Positions 31,223 to 41,871 of a stretch of 64,000 nt of DNA are shown here, in pieces. This stretch comes from Porphyromonas sp. (GTDB lineage: Bacteria; Bacteroidota; Bacteroidia; Bacteroidales; Porphyromonadaceae): the NCBI GenBank assembly GCA_041848345.1, contig JBGZIN010000044.1:14989-78988 (forward strand), given 5' to 3'. The stretch's first letter is position 1. Each line of letters starts with the position of its first letter. The notes under the pieces were generated by a model. That model did not search any database. It saw only the letters and a program-made list of their open reading frames with translations, and was not told the origin of the DNA. The position numbers and the translations under genes were made by a program.

Positions 31223-32294
31223 TTATATGAAATGATTGTTTGTTATTTTCTTCTGATTGTACACGCACAGATTCTTCATGCACGATAGACATGATATGCT
31301 CGACAAACTCCCTCTGGAGTCCCATATTTTCACCCCAAGAAGAGCGTTCCTGAAGAATAGAGGCAAACTGTTCCGCTTGCAGAATAGGGATTTGAGCAAG
31401 TTGTTTGTAGTTTCCGATCTCTTTGGAAATAGTCATTCTGTGTGCCAAAATAGAAAGTAAATGCTCATCTATCTCCGACAAAAGAATTCGATAGTGATTG
31501 AGTTGTTCATCTTCCGAAAATGATACATTACGAGGAGAAAGAGCTTGCATTATAATGCCCAATTCTTTCGGTGTAACCTGCTGTTTTGCATCGCTCAAAG
31601 CCTTTTCCGGTTCCACATGACACTCTACCATCAGCATATCAAACCCCAAATCAATAGCCTTTTGGCACATAGCTGCAACCGCATTACGCTGCCCTGTTAT
31701 ATGACTGGGGTCGCAAATTATGGGAATGTGGGGGAAAATTCGCTTCAACTCAAACACTATGCTCCAATAGGGAACATTGCGGTATAGGGGGCGTTCCGTC
31801 GGGTAGGTTGAAAAACCTCTAAAAACAGCTCCTATATCAGACAATCCAGCCTTTTGTAAACGCTCTATGGCACCCACCCAAAGAGATAGATCCGGACTAA
31901 TCGGGTTTTTCACGAGTACCGGCACATTGGCAGAACGTAATACCTCTGCAATCCCCTGCACAGCATAGGGATTAGAAACCGTACGAGCGCCCAGCCACAA
32001 AACATCGACCCCCGCTTCCAGTGCCAACTGTGCATGCTCCGGAAGACAGACCTCTGTGGCTACTTTATAGCCAAAATCTTTTTGCACTTGCTGCAACCAA
32101 TGCAAACCAACACTACCCACACCCTCGAAACAACCCGGTTGGGTACGAGGCTTCCATAACCCTGCTCGAAAAAGATCTATGTTTAGGTTTTGTAATCCCT
32201 GCGCTGTTGCATAAACCTGCTCATAACTTTCGGCACTACAAGGTCCGGCAATTAACGTTATGGAAGACGAGGAGTCCCAACTACATTGTTTCAT
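31212..32294 (-). CDS. aroG: Bifunctional DAHP synthase (class I-beta) / chorismate mutase
   Basis: IAGPCSAES, WKPRT, WLGART, VKNP, DPSH and VECH; C-terminal chorismate-mutase helix bundle (IDEHLL..LAHRM). Confidence 0.9.
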   Translation of the reverse strand: MKQCSWDSSSSITLIAGPCSAESYEQVYATAQGLQNLNIDLFRAGLWKPRTQPGCFEGVGSVGLHWLQQVQKDFGYKVATEVCLPEHAQLALEAGVDVLWLGARTVSNPYAVQGIAEVLRSANVPVLVKNPISPDLSLWVGAIERLQKAGLSDIGAVFRGFSTYPTERPLYRNVPYWSIVFELKRIFPHIPIICDPSHITGQRNAVAAMCQKAIDLGFDMLMVECHVEPEKALSDAKQQVTPKELGIIMQALSPRNVSFSEDEQLNHYRILLSEIDEHLLSILAHRMTISKEIGNYKQLAQIPILQAEQFASILQERSSWGENMGLQREFVEHIMSIVHEESVRVQSEENNKQSFHINDK

Positions 32295-33565
32295 TGTTTT
32301 GTATCATTTTCTCTTCTACAATCTATTATTCGCTCCAAAAACAATGCATAATTTTCTGCTATGTCGGAACGGGAAAACGAGTTCACATAATGTACATTCA
32401 ACTCTTCGGCATACGTATACCCCTTTTCTTTCCAAAGAGTATAATGCTCTCGGATCAAATCAATTATATCTTGAATAGATTGAACGGCACACCCCGCTTT
32501 TGCCTGCGTTAGTATCATACTCCTTATTGCATTATCGCTCTGCACCATAAGAATGGGCTTTCTCATAGCCATTGCTTCAAATATTTTCGTAGAGACAATG
32601 CCCTTTGTCCCCTTTGGCTGTGCTAAAAGTAATACAATTGATGCTATCGAGAGTACATTGGGCACTTCTCGGAAAGGTACCATGGAAAAAAATCTTTGAA
32701 TCTCCTGTACTTCTTGCGGTAGCTCTTGTATCCTTTTCCTCAATATTTCTTCTGAATGCTTATCTACATACCAATGTACCTCCAGACTTCCCGAAGAGAC
32801 TATTGGAGAAAGAGCATCAGAAGCCAAAGCTTCAAAAAGCATTTGCGGATCACCATGTTCGAAAGACAATAATCGCCCGGTAAAGACTATTTGAAATCGA
32901 TCTGTGGTTGGATGGTCGGGTATAAATACATCCTTATCAAAACCATTATAAAAAAGTTGTATTGGTTTATGGGGAAAGTATTGCTCCAATTGTTCCTTAT
33001 GCCAAGGCGAAACAGTGGTTATCGCATCAGCCTGAGCAAGAAAATTATTCCTCTGCCGAATGAATATATTTCTCAGAAAAATCAAGCAAAATTTCTTCCA
33101 CAGGGGAGGATTTTCTTCTGAGATCGGTAAGAATTTATAATCCGGGTATTGCTCCACAATGTCTCGACAATCCATGACACAAGGTTTTCTGTACTTTTTC
33201 GCCAATCGGGCAACTGCCGATAAGGGAAAGGTCCTATACGAAAATCCTATAATCAAATCAAAAGAAGCAATTTCCAATCGCTTTTCTATCTCTTCTTGAA
33301 AATGCCGAGTTTTTGAAAAAAAGAATAGTTCCTGTAAAGACTCTCGTAGGGTATATTTTTTTCTAAGAGGTATCCTGTGTACCGGACACTTATCTTCTTC
33401 ATCTTGAAAAATGAGACCATGAGCGGACTTGTTCCACTGCACAATTTCCTCTGTTGCCACCTCTACATACCACCCCCTTCTTTGCCACTGCATAACCATG
33501 GAATAGATACGAGGAGCAAAATGAGGAGGATAAAGATCTGCCAAAACTAAAACTCTTCGGGACAT
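32291..33565 (-). CDS. vimF: VimF-like GT-B (GT4-like) glycosyltransferase
   Basis: YNGFD, VFTGRL, STKIFEAMAMRKPIL; syntenic with P. gingivalis bcp-recA-vimA-vimE-vimF-aroG. Confidence 0.8.
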   Translation of the reverse strand: MSRRVLVLADLYPPHFAPRIYSMVMQWQRRGWYVEVATEEIVQWNKSAHGLIFQDEEDKCPVHRIPLRKKYTLRESLQELFFFSKTRHFQEEIEKRLEIASFDLIIGFSYRTFPLSAVARLAKKYRKPCVMDCRDIVEQYPDYKFLPISEENPPLWKKFCLIFLRNIFIRQRNNFLAQADAITTVSPWHKEQLEQYFPHKPIQLFYNGFDKDVFIPDHPTTDRFQIVFTGRLLSFEHGDPQMLFEALASDALSPIVSSGSLEVHWYVDKHSEEILRKRIQELPQEVQEIQRFFSMVPFREVPNVLSIASIVLLLAQPKGTKGIVSTKIFEAMAMRKPILMVQSDNAIRSMILTQAKAGCAVQSIQDIIDLIREHYTLWKEKGYTYAEELNVHYVNSFSRSDIAENYALFLERIIDCRRENDTKQ

Positions 33566-34917
33566 GGGGCTATTATTTCTAAGGGGGCGTCAAGGTTGTT
33601 TTCCTCTATGCGCAGTGCCGTGCGCAATAATTCTCTATAAAGTCTCGAATGGAATGGATGCACCTCTTTTGCCAAAAGATTGTTGTGGAATAAAAGGTTG
33701 AGCTCTCCGCCATATTGAGCTGTTTGCAAAACAAGCCCATGGGCATATCGTAAAGAATCTTTGGCATTCAACCCCATATATTGGGGTCTGTCTAAGGAAC
33801 AATCCATCACTGTTATGGGATGAAGCAATAAATTGGTAACACTACCGGTAGAAGGAAGTATGAAATGGACAGGACGACACGTTCCTAAACGAAAACCCGC
33901 CACATCAGGATAACCCATGGAAAAATCTTCCCAAATACCGGCATCAAGCAGGTACAACATATCTTCCGGTTCACGACAAGCAAGATAGTGATGACGCGAT
34001 TGAGTAATATTCCTCTGTAAATCTTTTCCCAAGCGAGCCACATGTTCTACTATTCTTTTGGGATGCTTGGAGCACTCCATAGGTAAATGAATTTGTTCTT
34101 TCACTCCATACTTTTGCGCATAACAATGTATCTTATGGGCTGCGCCTCGAAGTAAAGTGTAATTAGGACGATCTTCCAACTCCCGTCCTTGTGTTTTATA
34201 AAAAAAGATGGTAGAACACTTACCTTGAATACGACGTTCTACTTCTCTATTCCATTCCAAAAATCGATCGAAAGAAAAAAAGCGATCTTTCAATAACGGT
34301 TGAAAGGACAATTTATACGACTCTCGAAGACTCTTCTTTTCTTTGAGAAAAGCTCGGAGGAAACTTCTGACTCCTCTATATTCATATGGAGAGTCTATAT
34401 CATGAGTCAAATGTATGTAACTAAACTTTTGTTCTCTCTTAGGGATCTTTACCCCTTCTTTCTCCAGCAAAGAAGCTAATAAATCTCCATACTCATCAAC
34501 AATAGGTCGATGGAGAAATCCGGCTTTGTATGGAAGCGACCATTTTCCCAAAAAACGACCATAACCATCCCTTTCTAAACGCTTGTACATCTCCTCATAA
34601 CGAGAGATTAAGAAATAGGTCGAAGCTATAATATCTGCCCTTAACAGCAATACACCTGTTTCCCGACAACGCTCAACCTGTGGTAGTCCAAACAATAAGG
34701 GTACCCCTTCCCATTGGTCAAGAGGCAAACGAGGATAAGCCGACTCAGTTCCGTAAACACCAACATCAAAAAAATGAGACGGAATAATAACAATCTTATA
34801 ATTTCCCCAATCGCTCTTCCTATCTGTATAGCCCACGAGTCTGCTAAGAATCCCTGTCGAAAGAGGCTCTCGCAACAAAAAAGAAAGTATATACTCAACA
34901 ATCTTATCTGTACGCAT
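33547..34917 (-). CDS. vimE: VimE-like polysaccharide deacetylase (CE4/NodB-like) protein
   Basis: LRADII, LTHDID, RHHYL, GFRLGTC, MDCSL and LLFHN; synteny. Confidence 0.8.
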   Translation of the reverse strand: MRTDKIVEYILSFLLREPLSTGILSRLVGYTDRKSDWGNYKIVIIPSHFFDVGVYGTESAYPRLPLDQWEGVPLLFGLPQVERCRETGVLLLRADIIASTYFLISRYEEMYKRLERDGYGRFLGKWSLPYKAGFLHRPIVDEYGDLLASLLEKEGVKIPKREQKFSYIHLTHDIDSPYEYRGVRSFLRAFLKEKKSLRESYKLSFQPLLKDRFFSFDRFLEWNREVERRIQGKCSTIFFYKTQGRELEDRPNYTLLRGAAHKIHCYAQKYGVKEQIHLPMECSKHPKRIVEHVARLGKDLQRNITQSRHHYLACREPEDMLYLLDAGIWEDFSMGYPDVAGFRLGTCRPVHFILPSTGSVTNLLLHPITVMDCSLDRPQYMGLNAKDSLRYAHGLVLQTAQYGGELNLLFHNNLLAKEVHPFHSRLYRELLRTALRIEENNLDAPLEIIAPCPEEF

Positions 34918-35899
34918 TGCTCGAATTAACTCTTAAATAGTATTGTTTTAACCGCAAACGTTGAAAGATATTCATCCCTCCCTTAGAAACTTGAATAATG
35001 GGTACTTGCTCTGCTCCGAAAGAACGGAAAAAAAACTCCACACCCTTAATCATAGACCCCTCAAAATCCAATGTTGTTATCCCCTTGTCGTATAGAGATG
35101 GAATAATCTTATGCAAAAGATAGGCAGAGGGAGCACTGTCACTATTCGACGGATGTGTGGCTGTTGCTATCAAATAAGCTGTATGAGAAGTATGAGCTAC
35201 AAATGCAGATGCAAGCAATACTCCTGACGGAGAAAAAATACCTGCTATAAAACCATTGCCTCTGTTTGTGGCAGCACTCACTCCTCTCTCTAAAAAAGGG
35301 AGATAGTGAATGGGTAAACTCCTTTTTTTGTAGAGAGCTCTTAAGTGAACAGAAAAATCATCGATGGAAATGTTTTCAGAATAACTCCAATTCTCATTCT
35401 TTCCGTTTGTTACCTTCTGTCGAATGTGACTACTCTCCTTCCGGTATAGCTCATCTTCCAAACAAGTTGCAAGTTGATAAGTGTAACGTATCGAAGAGGA
35501 ATAATCTCTCCAGTAAAAAGGTAACCAATCCGACACATCTGAAGATAAAGGCATTCTGAAAAAACGCTTTTCTCTATGCGATTCCAAAAAGAGCTCCAAC
35601 AGAGTCCTTCTCTTGACAAAAACTTTGTGATTGCGCCGAGCTTCCGCCGTCAAGGATGAATGGTAGACAATTCCTCCCGATTGTGTATAAGGAGGGGGAA
35701 TTATGAGATTGTCAATAGGTTCAAACAGAGGAACAACAGCCCAAGTAGACGCATCGGCAATCACATAGGGCTTCCACCCACTATCTCCCACCATGGCATC
35801 TAACCACCACGGCATATAATACAAAGAGGTTGTTTGTGGATTTTCCCAAACAAACTCTTCGTAACGCTTTCTATCTAAAACGACCTCTAAAGCGGGCAT
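34904..35899 (-). CDS. vimA: VimA-like GNAT/FemAB-type acyltransferase
   Basis: PWWLDA, PPYTQ and LDFEGSM..GVEFFFRSFGA; directly downstream of recA as in P. gingivalis. Confidence 0.8.
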   Translation of the reverse strand: MPALEVVLDRKRYEEFVWENPQTTSLYYMPWWLDAMVGDSGWKPYVIADASTWAVVPLFEPIDNLIIPPPYTQSGGIVYHSSLTAEARRNHKVFVKRRTLLELFLESHREKRFFRMPLSSDVSDWLPFYWRDYSSSIRYTYQLATCLEDELYRKESSHIRQKVTNGKNENWSYSENISIDDFSVHLRALYKKRSLPIHYLPFLERGVSAATNRGNGFIAGIFSPSGVLLASAFVAHTSHTAYLIATATHPSNSDSAPSAYLLHKIIPSLYDKGITTLDFEGSMIKGVEFFFRSFGAEQVPIIQVSKGGMNIFQRLRLKQYYLRVNSSNAYR

Positions 35900-35950
35900 T
35901 CTAAGTAGGGAAGTGATCTAAATGCGTATTATCCAAAAATGAAAAGAAAC

Positions 35951-37012
35951 TTATTTAGCAGAGTTTTTCATCGCTTCCATGACTTTTTCACGAAGTTCCT
36001 CTTTTAATTCCGGATTATCTTTCAAGAGGTTGCGAACAGCTTCTTTTCCTTGTCCTAATTTCGTCCCTTCATAGCTATACCAAGAGCCGCTTTTTTTAAG
36101 GATATCAAGCTCAGATGCAATGTTAATTATTTCACTTTCCAACGAAATTCCTTCCCCGAATATAATCTCGAAATCGGCAGTTCTAAAGGGCGGTGCCACC
36201 TTATTTTTCACGACCTTTACTCGGGTCTCATAACCATATATGTCTTCTCCATTTTTGAGTGCACCCGAACCTTTTTTCCGAATATCAATACGGATAGAAG
36301 AATAAAACTTCAGAGCATTTCCTCCGGTGGTTGTCTCCGGATTTCCATAAGAAACGCCTATTTTTTCACGAAGTTGGTTGATAAAAATACACACTGTGTT
36401 GGACTTACTTACAGCCCCTGTCATTTTACGTAGTGCCTGAGACATCAGACGAGCCTGAAGCCCCACGTTCTTGTCTCCCATATCTCCTTCTATTTCAGCC
36501 TTGGGTGTCAAAGCAGCAACCGAATCTATAACAACAATGTCCACAGCCGAAGAACGGATAAGCTGCTCTGCAATTTCCAAAGCTTGTTCTCCATTGTCCG
36601 GTTGCGATATCCACAATCGTTCCACATCTACCCCCAAATGAGCTGCATAAGTCGGGTCAAAAGCATGCTCTGCATCAACAATGGCAGCCAAACCACCAAG
36701 TTTTTGAGCTTCTGCAATTGCATGAATAGCTAACGTCGTTTTACCCGAAGATTCAGGACCAAAGATTTCTATAATTCTACCTCGAGGGTAGCCTCCCACT
36801 CCCAATGCCAAATCGACGGAAAGACTACCCGAAGAGATTACACTGAGGTTTTCAGCTTGTCCACTTGCCATATTCATAATGGCTCCTTTTCCGAAGCTCT
36901 TTTCAATGCGCTCCATCGTAGCTTTGAGCGCCTCCAATTTATTTTTGTCTACCTGAGCCTTTCCTTTTTCCAAGGTGTCGGAGGTAAGCGGGTTTGTATT
37001 ATCTGTGCTCAT
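35951..37012 (-). CDS. recA: Recombinase A
   Basis: [30 protein letters not shown] and GGNALKFY. Confidence 0.99.
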   Translation of the reverse strand: MSTDNTNPLTSDTLEKGKAQVDKNKLEALKATMERIEKSFGKGAIMNMASGQAENLSVISSGSLSVDLALGVGGYPRGRIIEIFGPESSGKTTLAIHAIAEAQKLGGLAAIVDAEHAFDPTYAAHLGVDVERLWISQPDNGEQALEIAEQLIRSSAVDIVVIDSVAALTPKAEIEGDMGDKNVGLQARLMSQALRKMTGAVSKSNTVCIFINQLREKIGVSYGNPETTTGGNALKFYSSIRIDIRKKGSGALKNGEDIYGYETRVKVVKNKVAPPFRTADFEIIFGEGISLESEIINIASELDILKKSGSWYSYEGTKLGQGKEAVRNLLKDNPELKEELREKVMEAMKNSAK

Positions 37013-37018
37013 ATTTAG

Positions 37019-37474
37019 TTATAATGCTTTCAATATTTGTTCTGCGTGTTCTTTCGTTTTTATCTCTTTTCCTCGAAAAATGTGAGCAATCTGTCCATTA
37101 CCATCTATGATAAATGTAGTTCGTTCTGTACCCATGTATGATTTTCCATACATAGACTTCTGTACCCAAACTCCCATTTTATCTTGCAATACATGGTCTA
37201 CATCTGCAATGAGGGGAAAAGGCAAACTATGATTGTCTATAAACTTTCGGTGAGACGAGGCAGAGTCTTTACTCACTCCCACGACTCTATATCCTTTCTC
37301 TGCCAACAACTCTATGTTGTCTCTCAAAGAGCAAGCCTCTGCCGTGCAACCGGAAGTATTGTCTTTGGGATAAAAGTATAAAATCCAGGGAGCACCTAAA
37401 AAATCTTCACTTTTCAGCAATCGTCCCTCCTGATCCAAGCCTAAAATTTCGGGTACTTTATCTCCTATTTCCAT
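37019..37474 (-). CDS. bcp: Thioredoxin-dependent peroxiredoxin Bcp
   Basis: YFYPKDNTSGCTAEAC and ERTTFIID. Confidence 0.95.
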   Translation of the reverse strand: MEIGDKVPEILGLDQEGRLLKSEDFLGAPWILYFYPKDNTSGCTAEACSLRDNIELLAEKGYRVVGVSKDSASSHRKFIDNHSLPFPLIADVDHVLQDKMGVWVQKSMYGKSYMGTERTTFIIDGNGQIAHIFRGKEIKTKEHAEQILKAL

Positions 37475-37491
37475 TGTCTATATTGCTTTAG

Positions 37492-37501
37492 GACAAAGAT
37501 A
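37492..37501 (-). promoter_or_regulatory. -7 promoter element (TATCTTTGTC) for the bcp-recA-vim unit
   Basis: TAnnTTTG just upstream of bcp. Confidence 0.5.
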
Positions 37502-37542
37502 CAATTTATTCCCCCTATATAGAATATATCCGATTACAACAT

Positions 37543-38550
37543 TTATAGGATGGGCGCTTTTACTCCTTCTTTCAAAAAAACAGGTGCAATTTCTCGCTCC
37601 ACGGCATCGTATAGCCCTTGATCTATAAACAGTTGTAAAGTCTTTTGTCCGCCTTCCACCAAAAGAGAATGAATGCCTGCATTTACCCAATCGCTCAAAA
37701 GTTGCGCAAAAGAAGCACCTTTTCCATCCCACACAACAACAGCTATATGCGGTGGTACCCAATCCCTTTTTGTCTCTGGATCAACAATCAACCATGTGGG
37801 CACACCATTGGGAAGCAAAAGATCATATTCTCCTTTCTGCAAAAGAGATAAACGAGCATCCCAAACAATGCGTACAGGCGATTTGCCACTCCAATATCGA
37901 TTAGTCAATTTGGGATTATCCCAAAAGACTGTATTTCTCCCCACCAAAATAGCATCATGTATCGCCCTTAATCGGTGTACTTCCCGTTGGCGCACCGCAT
38001 TGCTAAAAAGGTAAGGCGGCTCTTTGGGAGAGGTACGTAGACCGTCTATATAACCATCCTCACTTTGTGCCCACTTCAAAGTTATGTAGGGGCGTTTCTT
38101 GCGAACTGAAGTAAGAAAAAAACGATTGACATACTCCGCTCGCTCTTGTAAAACCCCACAAAGCACCTCAACACCGGCATCTTGAAGTTTACGAATCCCT
38201 CTTCCTGCCACAGCCGGAAAAGGATCTTCCATGGCGATGACAACTCGACGCACCCTGTTTTTCAAAATCAAATCTACACAAGGAGGTGTTTTGCCAAAAT
38301 GTGAACAAGGTTCCAAACTTACATAAAGAGTGCTGTCGGGTATGAGAGATCTGTTTTCCTCTCGTACTGATGCAAAACAATTCACCTCGGCATGAGGCTC
38401 GCCGGCTTTGCGATGCCACCCCTCTCCTATGATGCGATTATTGTGCACCAATACTGCTCCCACCATTGGGTTCGGCGACGTTTGCCCCTCCGCCCACAAA
38501 GCTATATCGAGGCACCTTTGCATATAAAGTTCGTCCAAAGAAAGCTGCAT
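37543..38550 (-). CDS. ribD: Riboflavin biosynthesis deaminase/reductase RibD
   Basis: SPNPMVGAV, HAEV, LEPCSHFGKTPPC, KWAQSEDG and LVEGG. Confidence 0.95.
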   Translation of the reverse strand: MQLSLDELYMQRCLDIALWAEGQTSPNPMVGAVLVHNNRIIGEGWHRKAGEPHAEVNCFASVREENRSLIPDSTLYVSLEPCSHFGKTPPCVDLILKNRVRRVVIAMEDPFPAVAGRGIRKLQDAGVEVLCGVLQERAEYVNRFFLTSVRKKRPYITLKWAQSEDGYIDGLRTSPKEPPYLFSNAVRQREVHRLRAIHDAILVGRNTVFWDNPKLTNRYWSGKSPVRIVWDARLSLLQKGEYDLLLPNGVPTWLIVDPETKRDWVPPHIAVVVWDGKGASFAQLLSDWVNAGIHSLLVEGGQKTLQLFIDQGLYDAVEREIAPVFLKEGVKAPIL

Positions 38551-38559
38551 AAACACAAA

Positions 38560-39156
38560 CTATTTTACGGTAAAAGAAAGGCGATGCAAAGGCGTTGTTC
38601 CTAAAGTTTTAATTGCGTTTCTATGCTGAACGGTTGGATAACCCTTATTCTTTTCCCATCCATATCCCGGATAACGACGTGCCGCAGCCATCATATAGTC
38701 GTCTCTGTATGTCTTTGCCAAAATAGAAGCTGCAGCAATAGCCAAAAACTTAGCATCTCCCTTTACAATACAATGGTGTGGTATATCTTGATAAGCAGCA
38801 AAGCGATTACCGTCAATAAGCAGGCGATGAGGGCGCACTTTCAATGCATCTATGGCTCTATGCATAGCCAAAAATGAAGCACGAAGAATATTTCGTTCAT
38901 CTATCTCTTGAGCTGATACCCTACCAATCGCCCAAGCGATCGCATTCATTTCTATAAATGATCGCATAGAAAAGCGCATTTGTTCGGGTACTTTTTTAGA
39001 GTCATCAAGTCCTTCTAAATAAAAGTTTTCCGGAAGAATTACCGCAGCGGCAAAAACATCCCCTGCAAGCGGTCCGCGCCCCGCTTCATCACACCCACAC
39101 TCAAGCAAGTCATCTTCGGAAAAACGGAGAGCTAATGATGTTTGTCTATTAAGCAT
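38560..39156 (-). CDS. rnhB: Ribonuclease HII (start moved to ATG 39156)
   Basis: [34 protein letters not shown] and HRLSF. Confidence 0.95.
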   Translation of the reverse strand: MLNRQTSLALRFSEDDLLECGCDEAGRGPLAGDVFAAAVILPENFYLEGLDDSKKVPEQMRFSMRSFIEMNAIAWAIGRVSAQEIDERNILRASFLAMHRAIDALKVRPHRLLIDGNRFAAYQDIPHHCIVKGDAKFLAIAAASILAKTYRDDYMMAAARRYPGYGWEKNKGYPTVQHRNAIKTLGTTPLHRLSFTVK

Positions 39157-39163
39157 CGATCTA

Positions 39164-40378
39164 TTAAAACAGGCGCAATACTTTACGCAAGGCTTCAATA
39201 AAGAGATCTATTTCTTCTCTCGTATTATAAAGGGCAAATGAGGCGCGTAAAGTGGACGAAAGTCCTAAAGTCGCCAACAAAGGTTCGGCACAGTGGTGTC
39301 CGGAACGCAAGGCAAAACCCAATTCGTCCAAAAGCAAACAAATATCATAGGGGTGAGCTTGTTCCGTAACAAAAGAAATCACCGCCCCTTTTGCGGCAGC
39401 TGTTCCTATCAGATGTACACCATCTATGCTTTTAAGTGCCTCTGTTGCCTGGTTGAGTAACTGCTCTTCGTAGGTGGCAATGGCACTCAATCCGATACTG
39501 TCTATGTAGTCCACCGCTGTGGCTAAAGCTACCGAACCAACATAGTCAGGAGTTCCCGCTTCAAACTTGTGAGGTAGTTTATTGAAAGAGGTAGTTTCAA
39601 ATGTTACTTTTTCAATCATCTCTCCCCCAAAATGGTAAGGAGGCATTGCATCTAAAAGTTCTTCCTTGCCATAAAGAACCCCTATTCCCGTGGGGGCGTA
39701 AACTTTATGCCCGGAAAATGCGTAAAAATCGCAATCCAAATCTCGTACATCCACCCTGCAATGAGCAATTGCTTGTGCTCCGTCTATCAAGACTTTTGCA
39801 CCCACTTGGTGCGCCTCTTTGATCAACTCCTTTACAGGATTTACAGTCCCTAACACATTGCTTATGTGGGCAATGGCAACCAAGCGTGTGCGTTCATTCA
39901 ATGCAGATCGAAAAGCCTCTCTATCCAAAGATCCATCCTTATGCAAGGGGGCAATCCTCAATTTTGCACCTTTTCTCAGAGCCAACTGTTGCCAGGGCAC
40001 CAAATTGGAATGATGCTCCATGGCTGATATAAGAATTTCATCACCCTCTTGCACATACTGATTGCCAAAAGTAGCTGCCACCAGGTTTATGCTTTCCGTG
40101 GTCCCTCGAGTAAAAATAACCTCCTGAGACGAAGCTCCTATAAAGCGAGCAATGCGCAAACGAGCTGATTCATGATGCTCTGTCGCCTCTCTGCTCATTT
40201 TATACACCCCTCTATGCACATTGGCATTACAAGACTGATAGGCTCTGTTGATACTCTCTATCACGCACTGAGGTTTTTGGGTGGTTGCGGCACTATCAAA
40301 ATAAATCCAAGGGCGAGAAGAGTTCCCTTGGTTCAGTATGGGAAAATCCTTTCTTATGGTTGTTATATCGAAACTCAT
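39164..40378 (-). CDS. sufS: SufS-type (group II) cysteine desulfurase
   Basis: [31 protein letters not shown] and RSGHHCA. Confidence 0.93.
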   Translation of the reverse strand: MSFDITTIRKDFPILNQGNSSRPWIYFDSAATTQKPQCVIESINRAYQSCNANVHRGVYKMSREATEHHESARLRIARFIGASSQEVIFTRGTTESINLVAATFGNQYVQEGDEILISAMEHHSNLVPWQQLALRKGAKLRIAPLHKDGSLDREAFRSALNERTRLVAIAHISNVLGTVNPVKELIKEAHQVGAKVLIDGAQAIAHCRVDVRDLDCDFYAFSGHKVYAPTGIGVLYGKEELLDAMPPYHFGGEMIEKVTFETTSFNKLPHKFEAGTPDYVGSVALATAVDYIDSIGLSAIATYEEQLLNQATEALKSIDGVHLIGTAAAKGAVISFVTEQAHPYDICLLLDELGFALRSGHHCAEPLLATLGLSSTLRASFALYNTREEIDLFIEALRKVLRLF

Positions 40379-40555
40379 CCTGTTTTCTATTCTATACTAT
40401 TCATGGCAATGAACCATGGAAAATCCGTTCAAAATTAGTGAATATGTAGGGTATTTGCAATGCCACAGAAAGACTTTGGAGAAAACAATTCCTACTTGTC
40501 TGACCTCACCTCCCCCTTCTATAAAGAAATACCAAGGGATGAATGAAAAAGAAAG

Positions 40556-40565
40556 TACTTTTGTA
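40556..40565 (+). promoter_or_regulatory. -7 promoter element (TACTTTTGTA) for the pgl-like gene
   Basis: TAnnTTTG about 70 nt before ATG 40638; supports the shortened start. Confidence 0.55.
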
Positions 40566-40637
40566 CCGAACAAAATAGGCTATACCAATTGTTCTCTTCA
40601 TGGAAAGAGATATAAACCCTATACAAAACAACAAAAT

Positions 40638-41351
40638 ATGAACAATATAAGCTATAATACGGCAGAAGAAACAGCACTGAAACTTGCTGAAAGAATTACA
40701 CAAGAGGTACAAAAGGCGGATAAATACCATTTAGCCCTCTCGGGCGGCACAGATGCGGTGCATGTATATCGAGCCCTCGTCGCAGCACCCATCGAATGGG
40801 AAAAGGTACATATCTATTTTACATACGAGGTGGTTAGCGGTACGAAAGCCGGCTTCAACTACACTTTGGCAGATGCTCATCTTTTCAGCAAAGTGAATAT
40901 CCCGGTGGAAAATATCCACCGAATTGCCTTGGATGTTACACCCGATACGGAAGCGGATCGCTATGCCAATGAAGAATTAACCCTACTACCTCGGGTGGAT
41001 GGTAAACCTCGCTTCGACTTTGCCCTTATTGAGATGGGAGATGATGGACACACTGTGGGTATATATCCGGGACAAGAAGAACTATTTTGGTCGGAGCAAA
41101 CTTATATCAGCAACCAAATCCCCAACAGCAACGACCATCTGGTTACGACTACTTTTGGAACTTTAGAGTGTGCCAAAACTGTCGCGTTCTATGCCTTTGG
41201 TGGAAAGAGCCGTTTCATTATCGGCAATATAGTAAATCTCATGGCTGAAGCCAAAGCATACCCTGCCAATTATCTTGCAGCACATTGCCCTTGGATATTC
41301 CTCTATGCCGATGCCGAATCCATGAGTGAAAAAAGCTATTCGATCTACTAA
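40638..41351 (+). CDS. Divergent 6-phosphogluconolactonase (Glucosamine_iso family) homologue; start moved to ATG 40638
   Basis: LALSGG, W..VHIY, VNIPVENIHRI and MGDDGHT..YPG; DER motif absent. Confidence 0.75.
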   Translation: MNNISYNTAEETALKLAERITQEVQKADKYHLALSGGTDAVHVYRALVAAPIEWEKVHIYFTYEVVSGTKAGFNYTLADAHLFSKVNIPVENIHRIALDVTPDTEADRYANEELTLLPRVDGKPRFDFALIEMGDDGHTVGIYPGQEELFWSEQTYISNQIPNSNDHLVTTTFGTLECAKTVAFYAFGGKSRFIIGNIVNLMAEAKAYPANYLAAHCPWIFLYADAESMSEKSYSIY

Positions 41352-41378
41352 ACCTGAGATTTACTTTCAAATACATAC

Positions 41379-41412
41379 AAAAAAAGGAGACTCTTATTCA
41401 GAGCCTCCTTTT
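41379..41412. terminator. Bidirectional terminator between convergent genes
   Basis: AAAAAAAGGAGACTCT-TATTC-AGAGCCTCCTTTT. Confidence 0.85.
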
Positions 41413-41433
41413 CTGATTTACAGTCTATTACTC

Positions 41434-41871
41434 TTATTTTACGGGTGTAGTGGCAGGTGCCAGCTCCAAAATGTAGCAATTACCCATATCGAAACGTTTG
41501 CCCTCTTCATTGAGAAGGTAAAGTTTTCCGCCTTCGTATTCAAAAACAGACTCTCCAACGGTGAGTTTATTTCCTTCAAATGTGTAAGGAACATCCTTTG
41601 CATCTCCGGCGAAGCCAATGAAATCACAAAGATTGTTTTCCTTCAGAATAATAGAGAATTCTTCTTCTGTTTCTCCTTTTTCATTGGAACTTGCCAATGG
41701 GAAAATTCCCTTCCATTCCCCCAAAGCAGGAGTTTCTGAAACAGCAAGATTGGCTTGCTCCTCCACTTTGGGTATAGATAAAGAATCTACTTGCCCCTCT
41801 TCATTATTGGAAGAGGAACTACAAGCGATAAATAAAGATACTGATAGCAGTATACCGAAATATTTTTTCAT
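41434..41871 (-). CDS. Lipoprotein, NlpE N-terminal-domain-like
   Basis: Lipobox FIAC; GEWKGIFP and VGES...LYLLNEEGK..Y.L resemble NlpE_N; CxxC absent. Confidence 0.6.
   Translation of the reverse strand: MKKYFGILLSVSLFIACSSSSNNEEGQVDSLSIPKVEEQANLAVSETPALGEWKGIFPLASSNEKGETEEEFSIILKENNLCDFIGFAGDAKDVPYTFEGNKLTVGESVFEYEGGKLYLLNEEGKRFDMGNCYILELAPATTPVK

Noticed and set aside
40416-40637. N-terminal extensions in the ORF track (also 14064-14168, 39157-39198, 50572-50685, 58060-58110)
   Set aside because: Homology begins at downstream ATGs, and in several cases (40416, 50685, 58060) a TAnnTTTG promoter lies inside the extension.
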